A stretch of 64,000 nt of DNA from an uncultured Gammaproteobacteria bacterium (lineage in GTDB: Bacteria; Patescibacteriota; Microgenomatia; Levybacterales; UBA12049). Below, one piece after another: positions 52,086 to 60,994 of the stretch (the first letter of the stretch is position 1; each line of letters opens with the position of its first letter). The stretch spans positions 35,290-99,289 of the forward strand of contig CAZZCX010000001.1 in assembly GCA_964653195.1 (NCBI GenBank). Direction: 5' to 3'. A model generated the notes under the pieces. That model worked only from the letters and a program-made list of their open reading frames with translations. It was not told the origin of the DNA and did no database searches. The translations under genes and the position numbers were made by a program.

Positions 52086-52505
52086 TCTTTTTCGGTTATA
52101 GCCTTGGATGGATGAAGGTTTAGTACATGGTCGGTTCCTAATCTTCTTCCCTCTTCAATTAATTGACCCATAATTTTATTTCATCGCATTATACTCTTAA
52201 AATTATAAATTGCAATTACTGTTGTGCAAACCACGGAAAGTGATTTGGAGATGGCTCATAAGAAATGTGGAGAGTAAGATTATGAATTTAAATTCTCTAC
52301 TTGTATATATTTAGCAAACATGAATCATTGTTTGCTAATATGGCAGCTTTTTGATTTTTATAATACATACATTAAATCTAGTGAAGTTGATGATAGGTGC
52401 AAAGATAATCCCGCGATAGATTTCTTAGTCTGTTCAGAATTTTAAGCATGGACAATTCAAATTTAAAATGTACTAATAGACTGTGAGGCTGATCTTAGAT
52501 AGTAG

Positions 52506-54029
52506 TTAAATGCCGTTTCCGAGGTTATTTAAAACTATTGAGGCAACCTCAGAATCTGTTATGAGATTGATTCCGTATTTAACTGCAGCTTTTCGTATTA
52601 ACTTGCCGTCAGTAAATTCTTTACTCACCTTAACTGTTTCACGTGTTGGGATATTAATTATCAAATCAAATATTTGCCTTGTAACTAAATCTAAAATATT
52701 GGGCGATTCTCCGATTTGGGATACTTTATATACTAGAGAAGAATTGAGATTATTTTGCATTAAAAATTTATTTGTATTTTCAGTAGTGTAGAGAATCACA
52801 TCTTTATTTCTTACAGCATTTTTGATATATGGCAATAAATATTTTTTATTTTCACTTTTGCCGATACTTAATAGAACATGTTTCTTTTTGCCGGATATCA
52901 ATGCTTGTTTTCCGTATCTATTAGAGTCCCAGTCATGAGTTTGTAAGTTTAAAAGCGAAAATACTGACACATTTCTGATGTTTGATTCAGCAAAAACATA
53001 CTGCAAAACCCTTTCATTGCCTATGCCGTAACCTGCATGAGGATTAGTCAGTTTATTCTTCATAATATTCAAATACCATGCGAAATCTTCATAGCTTCCG
53101 CCTCTTTGCTGATGGAGTTTAAACATAGTTGATGAAAGAAGTCTCTCATTGAGCTTTTCGAAATCATGTTCGCGTACCGCTGATCCTGCACCTTCACCTG
53201 CATATGGAAAAATTAAATCGGCAGATAACGCCAGTCGATCATCTTTCGTCCATACTTTCATGTTGAAGAATTTTATTTCTTTAGGGTATTTCATAATAAA
53301 TACCGGCAGTTCCTGCTTGGGTCCGTTAAGCAAAGATACTACTTTGGCTTCATGCTCTGCTTTTAAATCGTCACCGAATTTCACTTGCGGAAATCCGTGT
53401 TTATTTAAGAGTTTCACCGCGTCTTCATAAGTAATACGAAGAAAATCTTTTCTTAAAACCTCTTTTAATCTCTCTGTATTTCTATTGTAGGTTTTCTTTA
53501 ATATTTCATGGTTGTCTTTTATTATTTGCGCAATCATTGACCGAACAGTTTCTTGAATACTTTCAAGAAGAGCTTCATACATTTGGTTTTCATCGTAATT
53601 TTCGCGAGTCATTGAAAGAAGAGTACTGTCAAACTCTTCTTCAGTTAGACGAAACTGTCTAAGATGCCTGTCATCTTCCTCTTCTTCGTCGCGGCCTGAA
53701 TGAATTACCGTATGTACAGCATGAAAGGACTGAAGGGCTTGTTCAAGCGAAAGCTGCCCGGTTTGAGTAAGAAAAAGAGGAAGATCTAGTCGGTTGCCTA
53801 TTTTAAAAAGCGTATCTACATTTTCACATGCACCTGTTATGCCCACAACTTCAGGAACATCTACATATACTCTTTCTCTTTTTTGATAACTTTCGCGTGC
53901 TCCGTTGTTTAAGCTTTGGTTAACGGAAACTAAATTAGAAAAGTGCTCTGAATAAGGTAAAGTTATTTTATTTTCTGATATTGTAAGTTTTACTGGTTTC
54001 ATATTTTTTTGCCAAAAAAAAAGAGCCAT
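52506..54029 (-). CDS. AsnRS-type class-II aaRS catalytic core (AsnA / AS-AR-like, no anticodon-binding domain) fused to a C-terminal MGS-like domain
   Basis: Blocks aligning to the AsnS catalytic domain: ITYEDAVKLL, FGDDLKAEHE, PVFIMKYPKEIKFFNMK, DLIFPYAGEGAGSAVREHDFEKLNERL, NPHAGYGIGNERVLQYVF (motif 3). The C-terminal approximately 130 aa resembles the CarB/PurH MGS-like fold (HVLLSIGKSENKKYLLPYIKNAVRNKDVILYTTENTNKFL...). Translation may begin at the second ATG (54002). Confidence 0.6.
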   Translation of the reverse strand: MALFFWQKNMKPVKLTISENKITLPYSEHFSNLVSVNQSLNNGARESYQKRERVYVDVPEVVGITGACENVDTLFKIGNRLDLPLFLTQTGQLSLEQALQSFHAVHTVIHSGRDEEEEDDRHLRQFRLTEEEFDSTLLSMTRENYDENQMYEALLESIQETVRSMIAQIIKDNHEILKKTYNRNTERLKEVLRKDFLRITYEDAVKLLNKHGFPQVKFGDDLKAEHEAKVVSLLNGPKQELPVFIMKYPKEIKFFNMKVWTKDDRLALSADLIFPYAGEGAGSAVREHDFEKLNERLLSSTMFKLHQQRGGSYEDFAWYLNIMKNKLTNPHAGYGIGNERVLQYVFAESNIRNVSVFSLLNLQTHDWDSNRYGKQALISGKKKHVLLSIGKSENKKYLLPYIKNAVRNKDVILYTTENTNKFLMQNNLNSSLVYKVSQIGESPNILDLVTRQIFDLIINIPTRETVKVSKEFTDGKLIRKAAVKYGINLITDSEVASIVLNNLGNGI

Positions 54030-54037
54030 CCGGCTCT
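54011..54037 (-). terminator. GC-rich hairpin (AGAGCC-GGAU-GGCUCU) followed by U9, on the minus strand, overlapping the annotated start codon of the AsnRS-like gene
   Basis: Read on the minus strand: agagccggatggctct + ttttttttt. The 54029 ATG sits in the loop or stem. Confidence 0.4.
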
Positions 54038-54114
54038 TTGTTAAAGACTATAACAGTTGAGTATTATCTTAATATTTCTAATCATTCAAAAAATAATAAA
54101 ACAATTTTTAATAC

Positions 54115-54144
54115 TTGTCAACTAGCAAATGTTTGGAGTATAAT
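54115..54144 (+). promoter_or_regulatory. sigma70-type promoter for rny (TTGTCA-18-TATAAT), overlapping a minus-strand TTGACA-17-TATTAT element
   Basis: ttgtca at 54115-54120 and tataat at 54139-54144. The reverse complement of the same region carries TTGACA...TATTAT pointing at the AsnRS-like gene. Confidence 0.35.
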
Positions 54145-54253
54145 TACATTTGGAAAGCAACAGATTATGTGTTTTATGAATAGGACACAGAAACTTATTA
54201 TTATTAAAACTGTTTTAATTTAGTCGTTTCTTCTTCTGTTGCCTCAATTATTT

Positions 54254-55531
54254 ATGGCCGATACTAATACTCATCAGGATCTAATACTCCTTGAAAAAAA
54301 ACTACTTGAACGACAAGAGAAACTTGAAGAAAAACAGGAGTATATAAAAAAACTTCAGGATTCACTTGAAAAAAAATCTACAGAATATACTGAGAAACTT
54401 GAAAAAATCGCATCTTTAACTCGTGATGAGGCTAAAGAAGAGTTACTAAGAGAGGTTGAAAACAAGTCATCAGCTATGGTTGCGCGAATTATTAAAGAAA
54501 AAGAAGAAGAAGCAAAAGCTACAGCTTCAATTAAGGCACAGGAGATAATTTTAGAAAGTATCAGGCACGGAGCTTTGGATTTTATTCCAGAATATACTGT
54601 TTCTATTGTTAAGGTTGAGGATGAAGAGCTTAAAGGAAGAATCATCGGAAAGGAAGGGCGAAACATTAGAGCGTTTGAGCAGTCAACAGGTGTAGATGTG
54701 GATCTTGATGAAGAACACATAATAAGACTCTCTTCGTTTGACTCAGTTAGGCGTGAGATTGCGAGAAGAGCACTTGAAAAATTACTTAGAGATACAAGAA
54801 TTCAGCCTTTTAGAATAGAGGAAGTTGTTGAGCAGACAAGAGCAGAAGTTGACAAGATAATGTTTGATGAAGGTCAAAAACTTGCAATCGAAGCAGGTGT
54901 TTATAATATTCCTACCGATCTTTATACAATACTGGGAAGATTTAAATTCCGCACCTCTTATGGCCAGAATTTAATAGTTCATTCTTTAGAGACCACAAAA
55001 ATAGGTATACATCTAGCAGAAGAGCTTGGGGCAGATGTAAATATTGTAAAACTAAGTTGTCTATTTCATGATATCGGTAAAGTGATGGAGGGGGAAGGAA
55101 GTCATGTAAAGTTAGGAGTAGATTTAATAAAACGGCACAACTTTCCTCAGGAAGTTATAAATTGTATAGCGGAACATCATGAAGATAAACCTTTTTCGAG
55201 CATTGAATCAATAATTGTGTCAACCGCAGATAAAATATCAGGCATGAGGCCAGGTGCAAGATATGAAGATATAGAGAATTATGGAAAAAGACTTACTGAA
55301 ATGGAGAGTCTTGCAAGAAAATACGAAGGGGTAGAGGATGCGTATGCTTTTGAAGCTGGTCGGGAGCTGAGAGTTATAATTGATCCTGGGCTTATGGATG
55401 ATAATCAGACCATTATACTCTCCCGAAAGATTCAAGAAGAAATCGCGCAAACACTTGCGATACCTGGTGAAGTTAAAGTAACAGCAATACGTGAATTTCG
55501 TTCTGTTTATCCAGATAGACAAGTTTCGTAA
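54254..55531 (+). CDS. rny: ribonuclease Y (KH + HD domains; no N-terminal TM)
   Basis: KH domain: IIGKEGRNIRAFEQSTGVDV. HD domain: H...HDIGK...D. The ORF-track start is a TTG; the first ATG (54254) is used. Confidence 0.8.
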   Translation: MADTNTHQDLILLEKKLLERQEKLEEKQEYIKKLQDSLEKKSTEYTEKLEKIASLTRDEAKEELLREVENKSSAMVARIIKEKEEEAKATASIKAQEIILESIRHGALDFIPEYTVSIVKVEDEELKGRIIGKEGRNIRAFEQSTGVDVDLDEEHIIRLSSFDSVRREIARRALEKLLRDTRIQPFRIEEVVEQTRAEVDKIMFDEGQKLAIEAGVYNIPTDLYTILGRFKFRTSYGQNLIVHSLETTKIGIHLAEELGADVNIVKLSCLFHDIGKVMEGEGSHVKLGVDLIKRHNFPQEVINCIAEHHEDKPFSSIESIIVSTADKISGMRPGARYEDIENYGKRLTEMESLARKYEGVEDAYAFEAGRELRVIIDPGLMDDNQTIILSRKIQEEIAQTLAIPGEVKVTAIREFRSVYPDRQVS

Positions 55532-55710
55532 AAACATACTCCCTCCCTCTTGACAAGTCTTCGTTTTCCTTGTATTGTAAGTCTATTCGACGTCTGCCTA
55601 TATGATTGTTTTTTCTAGCCTCATTATTAATCCTTTTTATTTATTCCGTAAAAAATATATAGTAAAATATCGAATTTATCAAAGATGTAAATTTTCTTAT
55701 ATCGTGAAGG

Positions 55711-55995
55711 GTGGTGAGTATTATTACTAAAAACGATCTTATTGAAATAGTCGCTAAAAAGACTAATCTTACAAATAAAGCAACTCGAGATGCAATACAA
55801 ATGTTTCTTAACACAGTACAAGACTCACTAAAAAGAGGAGAGAAAGTGGTACTTACAGGCTTTGGTACATTCAGTATAAGGTCCCGAAAGTCACGCATAG
55901 GAAGAAATCCTAAGACTGGAGCTAAGATTACATTAGCTGCAAGAAAATCACCAGGCTTCACACCAGGAAAATCATTTAAGCGACTTATTAAGTGA
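55711..55995 (+). CDS. hup: DNA-binding protein HU
   Basis: GFGTFSIRSRKSRIGRNPKTG beta-arm. Confidence 0.85.
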   Translation: MVSIITKNDLIEIVAKKTNLTNKATRDAIQMFLNTVQDSLKRGEKVVLTGFGTFSIRSRKSRIGRNPKTGAKITLAARKSPGFTPGKSFKRLIK

Positions 55996-56070
55996 TATAG
56001 AGTATAACTGTAAATAAATGAAAGAAACTTCTCATAATACTGAGGAGTTTCTTTTTGTTATAATTAAAGT

Positions 56071-57051
56071 GTGGTAATTTCAGTCAATAATTTATCCAAA
56101 TACTACCGTGTTTATAAAAAGGAGCCTGGACTTATGGGCTCTATAAAATCTCTATTTAATAGAAAATATTATGATGCGAAGGCTGTAGATGATACCTCAT
56201 TTTCGATAGAAGAGGGTGAGCTTGTAGGTTTCATCGGACCAAACGGTGCTGGGAAAACCACCACGCTCAAATGCTTATCAGGGCTTTTATATCCCACTAA
56301 AGGCAAAGTAGATGTCTTAGGATTTAATCCGTTTGATCGTAAAAGCGAATATCTTAAAAAGATTGCCCTTGTAATGGGACAGAAAAATCAACTCTGGTGG
56401 GATCTTCCCGCTATTGACTCGTTTTTACTAAATAAAGCGATTTATGAAGTATCAGATAATAATTATAAAGAAACAGTTAGAGAATTATCTGCACTTTTGG
56501 AAGTAAACGATGTTTTAAATATCCAAGTTCGCAAGCTTTCTCTTGGGCAAAGAATGAAATGTGAACTAATAGCAGCATTGATTCATTCGCCTAGAATTCT
56601 ATTCTTAGATGAGCCAACTATTGGCTTGGATGTTGTGATGCAGAAAAAATTAAGAGATTTTATAAAAGAATACAATAAGAAATATAAAGCTACAATTATT
56701 TTGACAAGTCACTATATGGAAGATGTCAGACAACTTTGTGAAAGAGTAATCGTTATTGATCGCGGAAGCATACTCTTTGATGGGAAGCTACATGACATTG
56801 TTAAAAAATACTCAACAAGTAAATATTTGTCGGTTACGTTTGAAAAACCAGTTGATAAAGATAGTTTAATGAAATTAGGAAAAATTGAGTCATATGAATT
56901 TCCGAAAGTAATTTTATCTGTTCCTGTTGAAAGATCAAAGAATGTCGCTGCAAAACTACTTGAAGAATTTCCAGTCGATGATATCAACATCACAGAGCCT
57001 GATATTGAAGATATAGTTCGAGAGATTTTCTTAAAAGCTGGAAAGAGTTGA
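56071..57051 (+). CDS. ABC transporter ATP-binding protein (ABC-2 type)
   Basis: Walker A GPNGAGKTTT; signature LSLGQRMK; Walker B ILFLDEPT. Confidence 0.85.
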   Translation: MVISVNNLSKYYRVYKKEPGLMGSIKSLFNRKYYDAKAVDDTSFSIEEGELVGFIGPNGAGKTTTLKCLSGLLYPTKGKVDVLGFNPFDRKSEYLKKIALVMGQKNQLWWDLPAIDSFLLNKAIYEVSDNNYKETVRELSALLEVNDVLNIQVRKLSLGQRMKCELIAALIHSPRILFLDEPTIGLDVVMQKKLRDFIKEYNKKYKATIILTSHYMEDVRQLCERVIVIDRGSILFDGKLHDIVKKYSTSKYLSVTFEKPVDKDSLMKLGKIESYEFPKVILSVPVERSKNVAAKLLEEFPVDDINITEPDIEDIVREIFLKAGKS

Positions 57052-57136
57052 TACATTGAATCTGAAAGTTTGGAAACTTCACAAAAGCTAAATATTAGTA
57101 AATTTCCGCTTTCTATTTTCAGCGACAAATCTTTTT

Positions 57137-57931
57137 ATGATGCGTCATTTTAGAATCTTTTTATTATGTTTCCAGTATGTATTTGAGAGAAGAGGAGTTT
57201 CAATAGTTTGGCTTTTAGTAATGTTGATAAATCCACTTATACTCTTGGTTTATTGGCGTTCAGCTCTGGAGAATAATTCAATCGCTGGTTGGTCTTTATC
57301 ATCAATCTCCTCATATTATTTTTTGTTATTTACTGTTTCTGCTTTTTTGATGTCACACATTGAAGAAAATGTGTCAGAAGATGATATTGCTAATGGTCAG
57401 TTAGTTAAATACTTAGTTAAACCATACTCTTATTTTCTTTTTAATATTATTAGGGAATTGCCATATCGTTTATTGCAAGGTTTTTTCGCCATAATAATTT
57501 CACTTATATTTATACTTATATTTGGAAGATTTTTTCAAATCACTACTGATCCAAGAATATTATTTTTAACTGTACTTGTTTTTATTTTAGCTTATATTTT
57601 ATCGTATTCTTATAAAATTGCTATTGGGCTCTTGGCTTTTTGGCTTACAGATGCTAACGGTCTTTTCCAATTTATGGAAATAATTACACTGATTTTTGCG
57701 GGGTATGTTATACCAATTAGCTTAATGCCTGAATTATTATTAAAGATTGTTTATGCTTCTCCTTTCCCATATATAATTTATTATCCTGTAATAATTTTGC
57801 AAGGTAATTTGTCTACCGTAGATATTATATTTGTTATATGTAAGCAGATAGCATGGATATTTTTAATGGTATTACTTTATAAGTTTTTGTGGAAAAAAGG
57901 AATCAAAGTATTTACGGGTATGGGACAATAA
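57137..57931 (+). CDS. ABC-2 family transporter permease (type A)
   Basis: 6-TM, about 260 aa. Paralogous to the 58825 ORF. Confidence 0.55.
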   Translation: MMRHFRIFLLCFQYVFERRGVSIVWLLVMLINPLILLVYWRSALENNSIAGWSLSSISSYYFLLFTVSAFLMSHIEENVSEDDIANGQLVKYLVKPYSYFLFNIIRELPYRLLQGFFAIIISLIFILIFGRFFQITTDPRILFLTVLVFILAYILSYSYKIAIGLLAFWLTDANGLFQFMEIITLIFAGYVIPISLMPELLLKIVYASPFPYIIYYPVIILQGNLSTVDIIFVICKQIAWIFLMVLLYKFLWKKGIKVFTGMGQ

Positions 57932-57933
57932 TT

Positions 57934-58722
57934 ATGAAACGATATTTAAGTATATTTTTATTATTTTTAAAATACAGCTTAATCGAAATTTCTACTTTTA
58001 GATTGAGCTTTTACAATAGCTTAATCAGTCACATTTTTTGGGGTGGATTTCAGTTCGCTTCGATTTTTTTACTTACAAGTAAGACAGGAGATGTATTCGG
58101 ATGGAAAAGAGAAGAGCTATTTTTACTTACAGGAGTTTTTAATTTGGGAATTGGTATCTTCAGAACTTTGGTAGCAAAGAACATGGATTATTTTAATAGG
58201 ATTATTGATACCGGTGGTATAGATAGTTACCTGCTTAAGCCAATTGATGCACAGTTTACACTTAGTTTGATGCACATAAATATTGGTGCATCTATAAGAA
58301 TACCGATATCGATAATTATAATTTTTATATTGTTAAAATTTCTAAATATCAATCCGGGTTTTTTTGAATACGTTATATTTTGTATACTTTTGTTTTTTGG
58401 TTTATTAATAACATATGCCGTATGGTATGGGGTAATGACGATCAGGGTGTGGTATACAAACTTATTCAACTTAAGAGATTTATTAAGTAACATTAGCGGG
58501 ATTTCTCGTTATCCGTGGGAAATGTTTGAGAATACAGGTATATTTTTATTTTTAGTCTTTTTTCCAATTTCTAGCGTTATTTCAATTCCTACGAAATTTT
58601 TACTTGGACGGAATAATATATCTGAAATTTTATTTTTTATTTTCATATCTCTCTCCTCATTCTACTTATCTCGAATATTTTGGAAATTCGCATTAAGGTA
58701 TTACACAAGTGTTAGCGGATGA
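57934..58722 (+). CDS. ABC-2 family transporter permease (type B)
   Basis: The start is moved to the ATG just after the upstream stop. Paralogous to the 59624 ORF (C-terminus FWKFALRYYTSVSG vs FWKYALKRYSSASS). Confidence 0.55.
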   Translation: MKRYLSIFLLFLKYSLIEISTFRLSFYNSLISHIFWGGFQFASIFLLTSKTGDVFGWKREELFLLTGVFNLGIGIFRTLVAKNMDYFNRIIDTGGIDSYLLKPIDAQFTLSLMHINIGASIRIPISIIIIFILLKFLNINPGFFEYVIFCILLFFGLLITYAVWYGVMTIRVWYTNLFNLRDLLSNISGISRYPWEMFENTGIFLFLVFFPISSVISIPTKFLLGRNNISEILFFIFISLSSFYLSRIFWKFALRYYTSVSG

Positions 58723-58824
58723 GAAGTAAAAACAGGAAATGATAAGAATTTTCTTGTAGTAACACTTTATCAACGAAATAGATTAGAAACGTTGTGAAGT
58801 TCTGATGCAATATATTTTAAAACT

Positions 58825-59619
58825 GTGCATAAATACTATTTAATCGCAAAATATACCTGGGATGAGATGCTGACATATCGTCTGAATTTTGCTATGTATA
58901 GAATGAGAAATGTCTTAACGTTTCTTACTATTTATTATTTATGGTTGGCGCTTTTGCCTGAAGGCACATCATTATTTGGTTATACTCAGTCAGCGATACT
59001 TACCTATATTTTAGGTACCGCTTTTCTTCAATCATTAGTAATCTCTTCAAGAAGTTATGCATTAGGAGATGATATTATTCAGGGTAGTTTATCGAATTTT
59101 TTACTCAAGCCTTTTAATTATTTTTACTATTGGTTCGCAAAAGATTTGGGTGACAAATTGATGAATATAGCTTTCGCATTAATTGAGCTTGCCCTTCTAG
59201 TTATTGCTCTTCGTCCACCACTTTTTATCCAAACGGATATTCTTTACTTAATCTTTTTTATAATATCTATCGTAATTGCCATTTTTCTATTCTTTTTTTG
59301 TAATATTTTATTGGGTATGATAGGTTTTTTTAGTCCAGAAGTTTGGGCACCACGATTTATATTCATGGTGCTTATCGGGTTTTTCTCAGGTGGGTACTTT
59401 CCACTTGATATATTACCGAAATCCATTTTTTATATTTTTAGGATTCTTCCTTTTAATTACCTCACTTACTTTCCTTTAAAAATTTATTTAAAACAGATAC
59501 CGCTTATAGAAATAACTACAGGTATCGTAAGTGGAGTTACATGGGTGTTTGTTTTATATGTATTGATCAGATATTTTTGGAGGATAGGACTTGGAGAGTA
59601 TACAGCGCAGGGGAGATAG
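58825..59619 (+). CDS. ABC-2 family transporter permease (type A')
   Basis: Homologous to the 57137 ORF (DDIANGQLVKYLVKPYSYF vs DDIIQGSLSNFLLKPFNYF). Confidence 0.55.
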   Translation: MHKYYLIAKYTWDEMLTYRLNFAMYRMRNVLTFLTIYYLWLALLPEGTSLFGYTQSAILTYILGTAFLQSLVISSRSYALGDDIIQGSLSNFLLKPFNYFYYWFAKDLGDKLMNIAFALIELALLVIALRPPLFIQTDILYLIFFIISIVIAIFLFFFCNILLGMIGFFSPEVWAPRFIFMVLIGFFSGGYFPLDILPKSIFYIFRILPFNYLTYFPLKIYLKQIPLIEITTGIVSGVTWVFVLYVLIRYFWRIGLGEYTAQGR

Positions 59620-59623
59620 ATTT

Positions 59624-60403
59624 ATGTATAAATATTTTAAAATTTGGTGGTTACTTATGGTTCGTACGGCGCAAATCGCGCTTGAGTCACGGCTTGGGGT
59701 CATTATATTTCTTTTAGGTAAATTAATTCGTTTCGGAGCATACCTATTTTTTTTAATAGTAATACTATCTAAGACCCAAACTCTGGCCGGGTATTCTGTC
59801 TCACAGGTTCTACTTTTCTTCGCGACATTTAACTTCATCGATACCTCAGCACAGTTTTTACTCCGAGAGGTATATCGTTTTCGTCGCCATATAATCTCAG
59901 GATATTTTGATTACACATTGCTTTGGCCGATATCCCCTCTCTTTAAGTCACTCTTTGGTGGCTCAGATGTTTTAGATATACCTATGATTTTAATTTCTGT
60001 GGGATTAATCATATATACAGTATTTGGCCAAGACGTAACAGTAATGGGAATTATTCTTTATCTGTTTTTGATACTTAATGCTTTTTTTATCGCACTGGCT
60101 TTTCATATATGTGTTCTATCGTTAGGTATACTTACGACTGAAATAGATAATACATTATGGATGTATCGGGATCTGACGCAAATGGGAAGAATTCCAATAG
60201 ATGTATACAAAGAGCCTATTCGAGGCATCATAACATTTGCAGTGCCAGTTGGGATAATGATGACATTTCCCGTAAAAGCAATACTAGGATCACTATCTCT
60301 TTCAGTTGTGATTTTATCATTTAGCATCGGGCTCGTATTTGTCTTTTGTAGTTTATTGTTTTGGAAATATGCATTGAAGCGGTATTCGAGCGCAAGTAGT
60401 TAG
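59624..60403 (+). CDS. ABC-2 family transporter permease (type B')
   Basis: Homologous to the 57934 ORF. Confidence 0.55.
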   Translation: MYKYFKIWWLLMVRTAQIALESRLGVIIFLLGKLIRFGAYLFFLIVILSKTQTLAGYSVSQVLLFFATFNFIDTSAQFLLREVYRFRRHIISGYFDYTLLWPISPLFKSLFGGSDVLDIPMILISVGLIIYTVFGQDVTVMGIILYLFLILNAFFIALAFHICVLSLGILTTEIDNTLWMYRDLTQMGRIPIDVYKEPIRGIITFAVPVGIMMTFPVKAILGSLSLSVVILSFSIGLVFVFCSLLFWKYALKRYSSASS

Positions 60404-60429
60404 GTGAAAGAAAGCTGGAGAGTTTTTCG

Positions 60430-60940
60430 CGCTTCCGGGAAACGAGTAAGCCAGATTCTGCTTCGCCCTCCGTAGCTTAAGCGAAGGAGGGTTTACCTCA
60501 ATCATAAAGCCCTAAAAGGACCAAACCGCAATCTATCTAAAAATGATGTTTTATGTCATTTTTTCCCGCTTTAGACGGGATGCCCGTAAACTTTGATGCT
60601 TCCGTATGCCGGTATAACGCATCTTTCGACGGTTGCAGCAGGTAGGATTACCTTTGCCCTCCATAGCTCATATGAGCGAAGGAGGGACCGTTTCATCCAT
60701 CAACCATGATCTTACAATTTTAGGTTAATGATCGTCTCTGTGGTTCTCGTCTTGAGTCAATTCTCAATCCGTGTTTGAAGAGTTTCCCCCTCAAGCCACT
60801 GGCTGTCACCAGCCGGAGCTTACACTCCGTCCCTTTGCATACTGCTGTCTGGACTTTCCTCCCCACTTCGCCAAGGCTTCGAGGGGCAAGCCCATCTTAG
60901 CTTCGGAAAATAGGGTAGCGGTTCTGTTTCCCGGAATCGC
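60430..60940 (-). ncRNA. rnpB: RNase P RNA (bacterial type; unusually long at about 510 nt)
   Basis: The minus strand carries the P4 5' strand GGGGAGGAAAGUCCAGAC (+60845-60862). The P4 3' strand GCAGAAUCUGGCUUAC (+60450-60465) has the bulged U. P1 is an 11-bp perfect pairing, UUCCGGGAAAC / GUUUCCCGGAA, at the two ends. Boundaries are approximate. Confidence 0.6.
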
Positions 60941-60994
60941 TCCTATAGTATATCAAATGTATATGGATTTGACTATTTAGGTGGCAAATCTAGA

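Noticed and set aside
54022-54037. The hairpin as a bidirectional terminator for a + strand gene
   Set aside because: No + strand gene ends nearby. On the + strand the hairpin is followed only by TTTGTT. The U9 run is on the minus-strand side.
60455-60692. Two CCCTCC...GGAGGG hairpin repeats as a CRISPR-like, REP or MITE repeat
   Set aside because: There are only two copies. Both lie inside the span bounded by the RNase P RNA P1/P4 elements on the minus strand, so they are better read as helices of rnpB.
60915-60935. GGGAAACAGAACC near the rnpB 5' end, taken as a misplaced P4 3' strand that would argue against RNase P
   Set aside because: It pairs perfectly with GUUUCCCGGAA at the 3' end and forms P1. 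The genuine P4 3' strand (CAGAAUCUGGCUUAC) is at +60450-60465 in the correct order.
60771-60980. 69-aa + strand ORF with high-GC content
   Set aside because: It lies within the RNase P RNA region. The GC comes from structured RNA, not coding.
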